Source: Octopus bimaculoides
Taxonomy: Eukaryota
Length of the DNA stretch: 64,000 nucleotides
Direction of reading: 5' to 3'
Assembly: GCF_001194135.2 (NCBI RefSeq)
Contig: NC_068984.1
Span: 34,277,304 to 34,341,303, forward strand
In this document: piece after piece, positions 28,556 to 43,093 of the stretch
Position numbering within the stretch: the first letter of the stretch is position 1
Layout of the letters: each line of letters starts with the position of its first letter
Translations under genes and position numbers: made by a program
Notes under the pieces: model-generated
Told to the model about the DNA's origin: nothing
The model's database searches: none
Seen by the model: the letters and a program-made list of their open reading frames with translations, nothing else

Positions 28556-29992
28556 TTCATAATCAAATATATTCTTTACCAACAAAATAAGTATCTTTTT
28601 AGTTAATGACGTAACTGTATATAATTCCTTTTTAGATTTGGGTTGCTTTGAATGAATAATAATAAATCGAACTCATTTCTTGTCTGATGCTGTATTTTAT
28701 CCACCATGGAAACCTCAGAGGCAAAGTGAGTATCGCTAAAATCTGAATTCATAATGTTCTATGATTCAGATATTTTATCCGATGCTCTTTCGATTTTGTA
28801 AATCAATCGCCTACCTCTGAACAAGCCAGAAATATTAGTTAAATATTCCTTAAATTACATCGTATTTTTTCCAGTGTGCAATGTTATGTTTTCTAGGAAA
28901 ACACAGGATGCTCACGATTCAATTCGTTGTTTTTATTTTCATCAAGTTTAACCTAACGTCAGTCCTTTTAAGTGTCCTTTCAATGTGTTTGAATTAGTAG
29001 CTAAATGACCCTCAAACTCCACGCTAATATCCTTAATAATAGTAAAGAGCGAATACATTGTACAATGGGTTAGAAATAAAGATGGTATGATCACGCGTAG
29101 AACGCGTCTGATTATCAGTCCCTGAGACTAGCAACAATATCGCCTGAGATTTGAACTTCTGATGATGCTGCTGATTTGAAGAACTGTTTGATCGTATGGA
29201 ATACTTTTGGAATTGTCTCTTTACTTTCTATACCAGACTTGCATGAGAGATTTAAAAGAACAGTGCAAACTAAGAAAACACTTATGTTATTCCATTTTCT
29301 AGCTGCTTACGGACGTAGGCTGTACCTATTGCATTGATTTCTATTTATATTTTGTGTCACGGCGAATTACAAGCAGGAATCTCGACATGGTCACACAACG
29401 TGCTAGGAAAAGCAGCCAAATCGCCATCAAATAGCATCATATAAATCTTAAAGAAAGACATGTTCGATGTTGTGTTGCTGAATTCCCTGCTTACAAGGAA
29501 AAGGCTTTGGCCACATTTGAATGGTTTTGATCATATAGTCTGCTCGACTAAAGCTGAAATGGAGCGAAACAGCAGACCCACCAAAGCCCCGGCAATTAGA
29601 GCCGAACAACCAACTCGAGCATCTACCTATTTACTAAATATCAGACTCTCTTCAACATCAAGAATTAAAACAACGAAACAATGATCAGAGGAAAATGAAA
29701 AAAAATAACATCCTTAATGCTAGGTCATTCCGACACTTAGTAGTTTAACTTGGCTACACCATTATCTTGCCAACATTAGTTCGGCCTTTTGAAGTTGTGT
29801 TAGTTCTTCTTCGTTCAGTACTGTAGCATATTCAACTCAAAAGGCGCCGTTACTGTGCCAACTGCCTTGTAGCAACGTAACGAAAATGCTACACGTTATG
29901 ATTATACGTACAATCATAATGCTGAGTTGAGAGTTGAAGAAATTTACATTAATCTTTCACAAGCAGCAATCAGCAGCAGCAACAGCAGCAGT

Positions 29993-30077
<85 letters not shown>

Positions 30078-30974
30078 TGGTATGTATGGAATATCTGACT
30101 ACGTTGAGTAGTAAATGTGAGTAAGCGTATATAAACGTGTTTCATTCGAGGTGTATTTCTTTGAGCCTAATTTCTTAATTTAATCTTTGTATGTTATCAG
30201 CTCCCTCCGCTCACATTCTCTGCCTGCCTGCATGTCTGCCTGCATGCCTGCCTGTCTGTCTGCCTGATTGTCTGTCAGTCTTATCCTACATCCCTCCCCC
30301 CTCTCTCTATCTCTTCATGCTACCCAACTTTGTATCCTCTGTGCATACACACCTATTCACAAACACATAGACGCACATAACACATTTTGTAAAAGGATGC
30401 TTAAACTATTGAAATTTACTGCTGCATATATTTAACGTTATTAGTTATTTTGCTTTATATATGGCTTATTTAATTCGTTTCGTTCTTTTAAATACCCTGT
30501 TTCGAACAATTTCTTTATCCTGTTAATTTATATTTTGGTTGAATATAAACAGCCTGAACAATTTCGATCTGCTCCACTTGAAGCATAAGAAATATAGTTT
30601 TTGCAGTTCGCAAGATCTCGGCATTGAATGACTCTTTGAAAAGAATTCTTATCTATATAACCACTCAATCCTTGATATTATTGTACCATATATTTTTCTA
30701 CGCACTGCGTTATGCATGTTCAATAACTATGATAAAACCACACTCACATCATTGCTATCTACGAACACATATACAGGCATGCATGTGCTTGTATGTGTGT
30801 TCAAAGATATATAAGTGCATGCGGTCGGTCTACCATAACAAATGTCCCAACCACTGGGCTATGCACAAGTATCGGGCCGCACAGAAAGCATGAATTTCAA
30901 AATTTTATTTTATTGATAATTGCAGTTTGCAACGTATTTTGGCATTATATATGTATCATATGTTTGTGTGTGTG

Positions 30975-31322
30975 TGTGTGTTCTTTGATTCTTTTACCCG
31001 TTTTAGTCGTTTGACTGCAACGATACTGGAACACCGCCTTGAAGGGTTTTATACGAACAAATCGACCCCGGGATTCAGGAGTGGCTGTGTGGTAAGTAGC
31101 TTGCCTACCAACCACATGGTTCCGGGTTCAGTCTCACNNNNNNNNNNNNNNNNNNNNNNNNNNNNNNNNNNNNNNNNNNNNNNNNNNNNNNNNNNNNNNN
31201 NNNNNNNNNNNNNNNNNNNNNNNNNNNNNNNNNNNNNNNNNNNNNNNNNNNNNNNNNNNNNNNNNNNNNNNNNNNNNNNNNNNNNNNNNNNNNNNNNNNN
31301 NNNNNNNNNNNNNNNNNNNNNN

Positions 31323-31354
<32 letters not shown>

Positions 31355-31710
31355 TGTCTGTGTTTCTCCCCCTAGCATTGCTTGACAAACAATGCTGGTG
31401 TGTTTATGTCCCTGTCACCTAGCGGTTCGGGAAAAAGAGACCGATAGAATAAGTACTAGGCTTACAAAGAATACGTCCTGGGGTCGATTTGCTCGACTAA
31501 AGGCGGTGCTCCAGCATGGCCGCAGTCAAATGACTGAAACAAGTAAAAGAATAAAAGAATATATATATACACCGGGCTTCAGTCAGTTTCCGTTTACCAA
31601 CCACACTTATAAGGCTTTAGTCGCCCGAGGCTATACTGAAAGACATTTGCCCAAGGTGCCTTGCAGGGGACTGAACCCAGAAACATGTGGTTAGCAGGTA
31701 AATATCTCAC
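30975..31710. mobile_element. Family A SINE (+, 31079-31560) inserted inside an antiparallel family A SINE (-, 30975-31070 and 31570-31710)
   Basis: Order on + strand: reverse-complemented 3' end, complete forward SINE spanning an N gap, reverse-complemented 5' half. Confidence 0.75.
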
Positions 31711-32651
31711 CAGTCAGTCACAACATATTATGTATGTAATAGTTAAATGATACATAATGCATTTTATTGTGTTTTGTTAAGCGAATCATTCCCGGTCCGC
31801 AGAGCAATTATCTTGCATGAAGTCAGTCGATAGTGTAAAAAAAAAAAGTTAGAAAATCTGCTGGACTTGCACTATGATCAACATCTAGAAAGTCTTCGAA
31901 ACTTGTGTTTGTATCACATCTAAGTTTCATAGATTAAAAAGCTATCGTAATGTTGCAGAACCTGTAATCCCGCTTCTATTGGATAGAATCCATGCAAAAT
32001 ATCACATACTGCGAGTAAGTTATTCCCTACTAAGAACGTAATCAAATTTTCTCTGTTATTTTTTGTCCCTATTTCGAGTGACAGAGGAAAATTGAAAACT
32101 GAATGTTTCTGCATGCGGAACCTGTTACTTAGCCTTTAGCACATTTTCTCTTGAGTTATTTTTCAATGTATGTGCACAGTTCGTTGCTTTAATCTGCTTA
32201 TCTATCGACCAATCTTTTTTGCATCTATCTCTATCTCACTCTCTCTCTCTCTCTCACTTACTCTCTCTCTCTCTCTCTCTCTCTTACTCTCTCTCTATCT
32301 CTCTCTCTTTCTTGCTCACTTGTTCTCTCTTTCCTTATTGCTCTGTGTACTCACATACACGCACGCATTTATTTAAGCACATATAAACACACGTAGTAGA
32401 TTGCCTAATAATCGATTACAAAAAAGAAAAAAAAGAATGTGAAAGTGTCAGTAATCCAACATGGACAAAGATGAACTTCAAACCAAGAGATTAGTAAATA
32501 AGGTGTGTGTGTATGTGTGTATGTATGTATGTATGTATTTATGTATGTATGTATGTATGTATTTGTGCATGTGTGTGTGTCTGCATGTATATGTGGAAGT
32601 ATGTGTAAATATGTGTGTATGTATTTATGTATGCATGTATGGTTGTTTGTG

Positions 32652-32690
<39 letters not shown>

Positions 32691-32698
32691 AATAAAAT

Positions 32699-33282
32699 GA
32701 GACAACAAAGCCAAGGCCACGTGAAATTTCTAGGACATTTATAAAGAGAAAGGTAGTCTTACAACTGTTTCAGGGATATAATGGATATCCCATCATTAAA
32801 GGCGATATGAGAGAGTTGAATAGAGGAGAACAGTAGAGTTCAATATTAGAAGTTATTTTGGAAAGGGAAAGATATAGGAATTATAAAGGGAAATAAGAGA
32901 ATAAAAAAAAAATAAAGATATATATTAGATGTTACAGTTGCAGTTCCATTATCCAAGGGAAGTGCTGTGTTGAATGGGTAGTGAGGCTTCTTGTCCATGG
33001 TATGTAAATTCCGATAGGAGTTCATATTTTGTTTTTATAAATGGATAGTGTAACATCCAACATATATTTTTATTTTTATTTTTTTCTCTTATTTCCCTTC
33101 ATACTTCCAGTATCTCTCCCTTTTCAAAATAACCTCTAATACTGAACTCTACTATTTCCCTCTTTTTAACTCATATCGTATCTGGTGATGAGATATCCTT
33201 TATATCCCTGCAACAGCTGTAAGACTAAGTTTCTCTTTATAAATGTCCTAGAAATTTCACAGTGCCTTGACTTTGTTGTCCC
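32699..33282. mobile_element. Penelope-like element with inverted terminal repeats: arms 32699-32935 and 33050-33282, 114-bp spacer with GIY-YIG C-terminal remnant (-)
   Basis: About 235-bp inverted arms, roughly 80% identical by eye. Spacer minus strand reads TLSIYKNK..YELLSEFTYH, matching TKHELLLELTYH at 44.4 kb. Each arm carries TGATG(A)GGATAT..ATATCCCTGAAACAGCTGTAA. Confidence 0.7.
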
Positions 33283-33289
33283 GCATTAG

Positions 33290-33660
33290 ACTCCTTTCTC
33301 ATACTATTATCGACCCGGGAGTCTAACTACGGTCCTTCCGTAGCTCTTACATAGCCTTAACTGCCATTTTGGGTCTTATGGATACGAAAACCTCTCAAGG
33401 TACACTGCGACATAATTTCTTTTCCTCAACAGGCCCTGCCCTGTTTAAAAGATCCCATCACCTTTAAACGGAGTCTGGACAAATTTCTTCAAGGAATACC
33501 AGATAAGCCACTCATACCTGGATACAACTCACTCAACAACAACTTACTACTTGAATGGACCATAAACAAAACTGGACTTAAAAAGGATTTAGATAATCCT
33601 ATCAGGTGGTGCTATTAATTTAGACATGGCCTGAACCAATCTTTGGTCGAAACGTATCTA
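33290..33660 (+). mobile_element. 3' end of CR1-like LINE (same family as 14230-15135)
   Basis: FKRSLDKFLQGIPDKPLIPGYNSLNNNLLLEW, then CAGGTGGTGCTATT..ATGGCC.GAACCAATCT shared with the 14.2-14.4 kb copy. Confidence 0.8.
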
Positions 33661-33735
33661 GTATATATTGAGATTTTACGTGTAATTTTGGATTTTTATC
33701 CCTAATATTATATATATATATACATACATATACAT

Positions 33736-34052
<317 letters not shown>

Positions 34053-34464
34053 TATGTATGTGTGACTCTGTGTGTGTTTGTGTATGTATGCGCGTGTATG
34101 TATGTGTGTATGAGTGAATAGATGGATGCATACACAAACAATATTACGCATAATCGAGTTTAAAATCTAAGTGTGATATCTTCATCAGCATACTGCTATC
34201 CATTTATTTACAATGATCTTAACTTGTCACAAACTTATACCACTGAAATATATTTCAACTTATTTTATGTGTAGGAATATTTCCGCAATACTGCCATCGT
34301 TAATAGCCATTATGGTGTTTCATAGTTTTCATATTGTTCATTATATATGGTTATGTCTCACTTGTTATTAGGTCTTCACTGAAATTTATACGCAGCAGAA
34401 GAGTCAATCAATCAATCATTCAATCAATCAATTAATCGATCAATCGCTATCTATCTATCCATCC

Positions 34465-34530
<66 letters not shown>

Positions 34531-34596
34531 TTATTTATCTATCTATCTATCGATCTATCTATCTATTCATCTATGTATATATATATATATATATAA

Positions 34597-34634
<38 letters not shown>

Positions 34635-34704
34635 CTGTGATTGTGTGAGTGTGCATATATGTGTGAGAGTCAGTATGTGTATATGCGTATGCGTGTGTGT
34701 ATGC

Positions 34705-34745
<41 letters not shown>

Positions 34746-35272
34746 TAGCGTGAAGGATACACACGCACAGATATGTATATGTGTACGTATACATATACGA
34801 TATGTATGTGTGTGTGTACATAACATTTAATATATAGTACCCTATATCTTTATGTGTATGTGATATATGTGCACACGCACGCACGCACACACTCACACAC
34901 ACACACACACTTAAATTGCCCATTGTGTCTATATATATCTCTGTGTATCTGCCTTTCCTCTCTATCTGAATGTTTAAACATTATAACTTTCTCATTCAAT
35001 GAAGCCTTCACTGATGTCAAAGCTTAAGACCCTTTCTTTTCATCTTCAGTAACTCGGTTAAGTATTCTTCTTTGATGGTTAGTGTCTTATCTATTTAACA
35101 CACACATACAAACACTATGTACGCATTAAATCAAATACACATGCATATATATATATATACCAACATATATCTATACACACTGAAGCTAATACACACTCAT
35201 ATGCGAATCTATATTACGCGTGATTTTATATTCATAAATTTGTCAGTATATGTAGATCGTATGTATATATAT

Positions 35273-35316
<44 letters not shown>

Positions 35317-36619
35317 GTAGATATATTGCATAGATACACAAATATACCTCTCATTCGACAGCTACTACATAATATGCATACGTACATATATACATACATA
35401 TATACATGCATGCATCCAAACATACATGCATGCCCACACAAACACGCACGCACGCACATACATATGTATGTATGTATACATATATATGCGTATATATACT
35501 GTATATGTATACACATAGACTCACACGTCTATAAACTGGTATGCATGCAGGTGTATTATGCGTGCGCCTGTATGTACGTAATCCTCACATACATCTTTGT
35601 ACATACGTACGCGCGTGTATGTGCGTGCGTGCGCGTGTCTCTGTGTGCGTGGTGTGTGTGTGTGTGAGTGTGTATGTATGTGTGTGTGTGTGTGTATGTG
35701 TGTATGTGTGTGTGTGTGTGTGGATGTGAGTGCATGAGCGCTGGTTTTACATCTGAGTATTTGTATTTAAATGTCTTCAATATTTGTTGCGTGAAAGAAC
35801 ATTGGTATGTGTAAAATTTTATAAGTATGTATTTACATATGTGAATGAGCAACTATGAAAAAAAAAAAAAAAAGTAAATAAGTAAAAGGGTCCAATGACG
35901 CCAGCAGTACGAAAATCTAACAGTAAAGTCGTCGGGTTCCATGTCAATTCTCTGCACGTTTCGTTGGGGGTAATACTACAATAAAACAAGTCAGCTCTGC
36001 AAATTAATTTCGGTTGCTATAATGTAGATAATTTGTTTGACTTAATGAAATAAATCTCAATAGGAAACAACATATATGACGCATATATATTATCGTCACC
36101 CCATCCCTCTAAATTCATCAGGTCTTAATCACTAATTAATGTCTAACAGCAGTCATTGCCACAGACATAAGTGAACAATTGGAGATTGATTAGCGATGTT
36201 TGTAGACGGCGGGAATTGAAGACATTTCATTGGAAAGTTATAAACAACTGGGCGCCGAGCCAAATATATCTTTTACAGGAAACACAAAGAGGATGAGAGT
36301 TTACCCGAATCTTTTGAAAACCTAAAAACTTTATCTCAAAATAATTAAACATAACTACATCACCTTTTATCCAATAGAGACCGTGTCAAAAATTACTTGC
36401 ACTGGACATATATTATTTCTGGTAAGAAGATTGTAGTTCACAAATTACTTATTCGATGCTCTACTGTTTGTTTATATTTTCCTACTCCTCTCTTCCTCAC
36501 TTACACATACATATTTTCATCTATTCGCAAATATACACCTAATCAGTCTCCCCCTTTCTCTATACATTCTCACTTTATATACATATAATACATATATACA
36601 TGTGTTTGTATAATATACT

Positions 36620-36689
<70 letters not shown>

Positions 36690-37314
36690 ATGTATATATA
36701 TATATACATGCATATATAGTTCACAGATGCTTACTATTGTAAGGCAATTGCGCAATTGAATAATATGTATGAGTGGAGGTAAACAACAGTTTATCCAAAA
36801 TTTATAAGGCAAAGAAGAAAATGGAGAAGATAATTAGTTGACAAACATCAGCATACACACATCGATTAGATCTATTTATTAATTGCAACCATATGGATAA
36901 ATAAATAAATAAGAATAAATGAGTGAATAAAACTTTACTCTTATAGCTGTTTCTACTTAGGGTGTCCAGCATGCCAAAGTTGATAAATCATACCAATATT
37001 ATGCAGACATTGTACAAAGGTTGAACAAAAATTGGACAGAAGTTGGAAAATAAGGGTATATCAAGGTATATTTCAGATCTTAATTGGACTTATAACACCT
37101 TTATCACCCCCTTTAATTCTCTCTCTCGTTTTCACTCTGTATAAGTTGGACCTATTAATATAAATATAAAGTCTACACATTTTACTTTCCCTCGTTTTGC
37201 ATCTATAGCTATTTTGTATTTAGCACCCAAACTACTACATTTATTATAATTAATATATTTAATGTATCTAATTTGCTTATCCGTATAATTTCCTCTCTCT
37301 CTCCCCCTCCCCCC

Positions 37315-37359
<45 letters not shown>

Positions 37360-38419
37360 CATTTACACATATATGCATACATATGCACACACGCACGTAT
37401 AATTTTAATCAACAAAGGAAACAATCAATATATTGAATATTGGTAAGTTATAGAGTTTTATAAGTATACCCGTGTCAGCTCACATTACTGGTAGTTCCAA
37501 CGCCACTTAATGCACTACAAGGTAGCTAAAGTGATTTTCATCAGACTTATCTCTGCTTCATTTGATATATCAATTACCTTGGTTACAAAAGAAGTATCCC
37601 ATACACCACTTCTGTTACGAATATTCTGAGGTGACTCTAAATATGATGCATGGTAGGTTAATTGTAGATGAAACCAAATAACAATTCTGTCTTTTGATAC
37701 TTGATTTGTTGAAATAAATATTTTTGAAACTACAGATAATTGTTGATGATGTGTGATTTTTATTATAGTGTTTTATAGTAAAGTTTCATCGCAAAAAAAA
37801 AAAAAGAACGGGAAATAATGGTAACAACGAAAAATGATATCAAAGACAGATCAAAGAAAAATTAGATGATCAAAGGAAAAGAATAAGTAAGTATCTTTCG
37901 CTATAATTATTAAATTGAAGTTCTGAAGCTCTCCACACTATGTCCAGATCTACTGAATACATAGTCTCATTTAAGGCGATCGCAAGTAGTTTCTTAAAAC
38001 AGAGTTAGACTTAAAAGGAAAGTTATGCGAATTCCTGTTAAATTCTATTTCCGAAGGTTCTTAGGATGTTGTTCAGGTTACAGAAAGTTGGAGTTTAGAG
38101 CTCGAAAGCGGAGTTATCTCAGGTGCTACACTAAACTCTGTCGTTCACTGTCCTAAATGGTATCCCCACTTTCTTGCATTTGTGCTGCATAACATTCTTG
38201 ATGTATCATGTTCTGCAAAAGGTAGACACCTTAAATTGTAAAGATGACATATGTATCAATTGTATCCATGCAAATATATTTCCATATAATGATTTGCATA
38301 ATTCTATTTATAATAATTATGTACACTTAACCGTATTTACTAAAACAATTCTATCACAGATAGTACAAATCTGTAGATATCTCTTACGCGATAGCACGTA
38401 TGTTTTTCAGTACGATTAA

Positions 38420-38965
38420 ATCATATGCAGTTGTCCGAAAATGTCATCACAGTTTTATCTACCGAGGAGACATGACGTTGTAGCTAGGACACTCTATAAT
38501 GAGATCTGTCCGAAGGATAATCCCGAGGACAAAGAAATTTAAAAAAAACACTATATGGTAGAAGTCATAGCCACTCATAATGAAAAGGAATACTGGTGGA
38601 ATGTACCAGTGAAGGCCTCAATAAAATGCAAGCACAACAGACCTAATATAATGATTTGGGATAGAGAAGAGAAACTGTGGATGTTAACACAAAGCTGAAA
38701 ATCATTGAAAATGGAACACCTATGCTGAACTATTGAGAAATCTGCAGTTACTGTATCCAGATTATAAGTTCAGGTTTATACCTGTAATTATTGGAACACT
38801 TGGATATTTAACACACTGCCTAAATACCAATGTTGAGAAATTAGGCTTCTCAGAACTAGAAAGGAGAAAGCTAATTCGAATACTACAGCTCCAATCCGTC
38901 TCTGGAACTGAAATATCTTTAAAACTTTCCAGACGTTTATCATCTAAATATGTATGAGCATGCCT
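38420..38965 (+). mobile_element. R4/Dong-clade non-LTR retrotransposon 3' end (CCHC finger end plus restriction-like endonuclease), decayed
   Basis: SCPKMSSQFYLPRRHDVVARTLY..EYWWNVPVK..KHNRPNIMIWDREEK..YAELLRNLQLLYPDYKFRFIPVIIGTLG; RHD/NRPD/IIGALG motifs of RLE LINEs. Confidence 0.8.
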
Positions 38966-39169
38966 AGATATACAACTATATGCATGAGTATACATACATA
39001 AAGCATACAAATCTGTACATACATACATACAAACATACAAACAAAAGTACCCTGTTGCTGATGTTGAAATTCCAATGAAGGAGCCTTGGATTTAAATTAG
39101 AAACTGATTCTTTCTCCATTGCAAGAAATCTTGAAATAAAACTGAACAATGACAAACATGCATACATAC

Positions 39170-39445
39170 TCTGTGGCTAGAGAGCTGGTCTCACAATCAT
39201 GGGATTGTGAATTTGATTCCCGGACCTGGCTGTGCGTTGTGTTTTTAAGCAAGGCACTTTATTTCATGCTGCACCAGTTCACTCAGCTGTAGAAATGAGT
39301 CGCGATATCACTGGTGTCAAGCTGTGTATGCCTTTACCTTTTCCCCCGGATAACAGCGGTGGCGCGGAGAGGAGAGTTTGGTATACATGGGCGACTTCTG
39401 GTCTTATATAAATTGTCCGGACTTGTGCCTCGGAGCGTAATAGCA
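39170..39445 (+). mobile_element. tRNA-headed CORE-like SINE (family C)
   Basis: tRNA-like head plus GCGTTGTGTTTTTAAGCAAGGCACTTTA..CCAGTTCACTCAGCTGTAGAAATGAG, resembling the start of the CORE domain. Confidence 0.65.
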
Positions 39446-39854
39446 TAGTTTATACACACACATACGCGCGAGCGCGAGCTCACACACACACACGCAAGGT
39501 AAATTTCCAAAATTGGCTAATAGGGACATACAATCCTAGCGAGTACCGTGTTCGCTTTTACCGGTTAACAATGGTGTTGGCTAACCTCAGCGAATGTAGA
39601 CGAACTCTTGTTAGTTTACTTTACTTTACTCGGTAAATCCTCTGTTCAGAAGGTATCTGAAATGTAGTTGAATTTTACCCTGTTGAAGCAGCACCAGTAA
39701 TTAACACCAAAATGCACATCAAGACGCTTAATTTGCAGTATGCACTGGGTTGCCGCAAAAACACGTATAGGTACTGACATGGAAAGATGTGATTAACGGT
39801 ATAATAAAACCTGGATATGTAAATATCTGTTCTCCTAATTTTTATTAATCTATA

Positions 39855-40175
39855 TATTCTTTTATTCTTTTCTCTAATTTCTATATTTGTTTCAGTGGTT
39901 TGACTGTGGCTGTGCTGGAGAACCGCCTTCAGTCGGACAGATCGAACCCTAATAATTATTCTAACGGTATCTCTTGCCGAACTGCTAACTTACGGAGACG
40001 TAAACACACCAACATCAGCTATCAAGCGATGATGGGAGGACAAACTCAGACACTACACATATATATATATATATAGACGAAGGGATTCTTCCAGTCTCTA
40101 TTCGAAGTTACCACGCAGTGGAAGTGAACCCGGAGCCATGTGGTTAGGAAGCAAGCTTCTTACCTCACAGCCGCG
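39855..40175 (-). mobile_element. SINE family A
   Basis: Reverse complement of tail, body, internal TA run and head (GGGAGCCATGTGGTTAGGAAGCAAGCTTCTTACC.CACAGCC). Confidence 0.8.
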
Positions 40176-40495
40176 AAATATATATATATATATATCATAC
40201 GCGCCTTTTCTGTAAAGGACCCAGGATTACTTTGTATGTTTAAATGGTTGGGTGTGAATTAACGAATATTTTGTTGATATTTCTATCTGGTTATGAATGA
40301 ATTTATAATTGTTCTACTCGCTCGAGTATGACATTGATATAAGCAAAAGAAACGATCAATTATTAGCTACAGACGGTTGAACAGCAAATTAAAGGAATCA
40401 TATACACATAGATCTTTCGGAACCAGACATAATCCTGTGTTACCAAGATGTATCTGCTAAATTTCTTTGTTCGTATATCTCGTTTGTGTGTGTGT

Positions 40496-40536
<41 letters not shown>

Positions 40537-41059
40537 GCGTGCGTGCGTGTGCGTGTCTGAGTGCGTGTATGCGAGTATTTTCATCAATATATAGACGCAT
40601 GATGCCTAGATGAGTGTTAGTGTGTTTGTGTGTGTGAGTGTGTATGTATGTATGTATGTATGTATGTATGTATGTATGCATGCATACATGTAAGCAGAAC
40701 TTTGAACACTTGTTTTATGTGCGTCGTTATTGTCTTTCAGCAACATTTTGCCACGGCAGAAAATTCGCAGACAAAAAAATTCAAATGAAATATTTAATTA
40801 TGAATAAGATGTATACCTGTTGTATTCTATATGCATACTATATGTTTATATGTTATAGTACACACCAACGCACATGATCACACATATGCACGCGCGCAAG
40901 CACGTACACGCGTATATACACACGTAAAACAATCGCCCAAGGTGCTGCGCTGTGGGACCAAATCCGGAACCGTGATGAAGCGAGTGGTTTCCAGTGTGAG
41001 AGAGTATGAGGCAGGGTAAAAGAGTAAGAGAGTGAAGGAATGACAGAAAGTGTCAACTG

Positions 41060-41300
41060 GAAATCTGTTGCTGTTTAGCTCCGAGCATTATATGATGTAT
41101 ACATACTGCAGTACAGACAGCCGTCACTCACAAGCGTGTATAGCTGTAGGTGCCTCTGTAGACTCGAGCCTAGAGACACCCTCTCGGCTGACTCACCCTT
41201 AACACAGCGGCACATCACTAATGTCGTAGAAAGAAGAAAAAAGGACTGCATTAGCAATAGGACATGAGATGCCTCGCTCAAGGACAGAATGCACTACTTG
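41060..41300 (-). mobile_element. Probable family C SINE body
   Basis: Ends GATGCCTCGCTCAAGGACAGAATGCAC, the reverse complement of the CORE-like GCGTTGTGTCCTTGAGCAAGGCAC block. Confidence 0.45.
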
Positions 41301-41810
41301 TTCCAAGAAAAAATCCCAAGACCCAATGATTATAAGCTGAATACCCTTGTCATAAGGCCATGAGACTTCACAGGACCCGCAAGCACACGCACGTACAGAC
41401 GCGCGCGCATATATGTAAATTTGTATCTACGTATTTCTATAGGAAGAAGCGTGAGAAAGAGAGACGAATGAGCTTGGAAGAAACAGAATTCTATTGTGTT
41501 AGTGTTGGCTTTGCTGTATAATTTCAGTTCATTTCTGATAGGGCAATAACATTTCAGCTAAAACTACTGAATTTTTTTTTTTTTAATGTATCTCTTGAAC
41601 TACATTTTCCAGAGTACTCTTCGTCTTTTGCTAGAGTAGGATGTGATTTGATGTAGATTTGGCTATTACTTTTAGCAAAACAAACGATGACATAACGAGC
41701 CATCAGTAGTTGGAGCAAAAGTAAACGATATTTTGATATATCAGAGATAAAGTTTGATAAAATGGATTTCAGTTGTGACCATGGTATGTATGTATGTATG
41801 TATGTATGTA

Positions 41811-41870
<60 letters not shown>

Positions 41871-43045
41871 CGTGCGTGTGTGTGTGTGCGTGCGTGCGTG
41901 CGTGTATGCAAGGGAATATTTGCCTATGATGCAGTGTTGCCGTAGATTCGAACCTGGAACCGTGGCAAAGCGACCTATTTTTATGTGTGACAATTTGTTT
42001 CACGCACATTAAGATCAACATTTTTATATTAAGAGGAGACTAAAATGTGATTTGAGGTCAATTTAGCAGTTATTTCTTGTACATCGAGTGACTTTCGCTT
42101 GCTCGGGAATGAATTTTTTTTTTCTCTGGCATCCTTGATCAATTATCTTCAAGAAAACTGAAACCAGCTATTAACATGTACCACAAATACATACACATAC
42201 ACACACATACACACACACACATACATACATACATACATACATACATACACATGCTTACATATATAGATGCATGTGTACATACATACACATATACATATGT
42301 GCTTTAGTGTATGTATGTGATTGATAGTGTGTGTGTATGCGTGTGCACGCGCATAGGTGAGTGAGTGTTTCTGTGTGTGTATGTGTATGTATGCAAACAA
42401 CTATGTGGTTATAAATACACAAAAACACACACACATACACACACAGGGACACATACAAACACTAATCTAGAATAATTCTTCTGTGGATACATATGGAAAA
42501 TTCAATAAAACAAAGTATCAACTGTCAACACAAATGTGAATTGAAGACGGTAAACTAATAAGAAACCGGTGGAAACGTTACAAGAACAACAATAGAAAAT
42601 GAAAATATAAAGAATATCAACAAACAGAGACATTCAATAATCAACTGAACAAACAACATAAATTCTATTAGCAAGATAATAGTTTCCAAAATGTAATTAA
42701 NNNNNNNNNNNNNNNNNNNNNNNNNNNNNNNNNNNNNNNNNNNNNNNNNNNNNNNNNNNNNNNNNNNNNNNNNNNNNNNNNNNNNNNNNNNNNNNNNNNN
42801 NNNNNNNNNNNNNNNNNNNNNNNNNNNNNNNNNNNNNNNNNNNNNNNNNNNNNNNNNNNNNNNNNNNNNNNNNNNNNNNNNNNNNNNNNNNNNNNNNNNN
42901 NNNNNNNNNNNNNNNNNNNNNNNNNNNNNNNNNNNNNNNNNNNNTACATATTCATATATATATAAACATATACATACATGCAAACACGTTAACCTCCCTG
43001 TATACATACCTTGACATATATATATATATATGTATATATAGATGT

Positions 43046-43093
<48 letters not shown>

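Noticed and set aside
41082-41270. Plus-strand frame LRALYDVYILQYRQPS.. with an SH3-like 'ALYD' start after an AG
   Set aside because: No further SH3 residues; the segment ends in a CORE-like SINE block and is best explained as SINE body.
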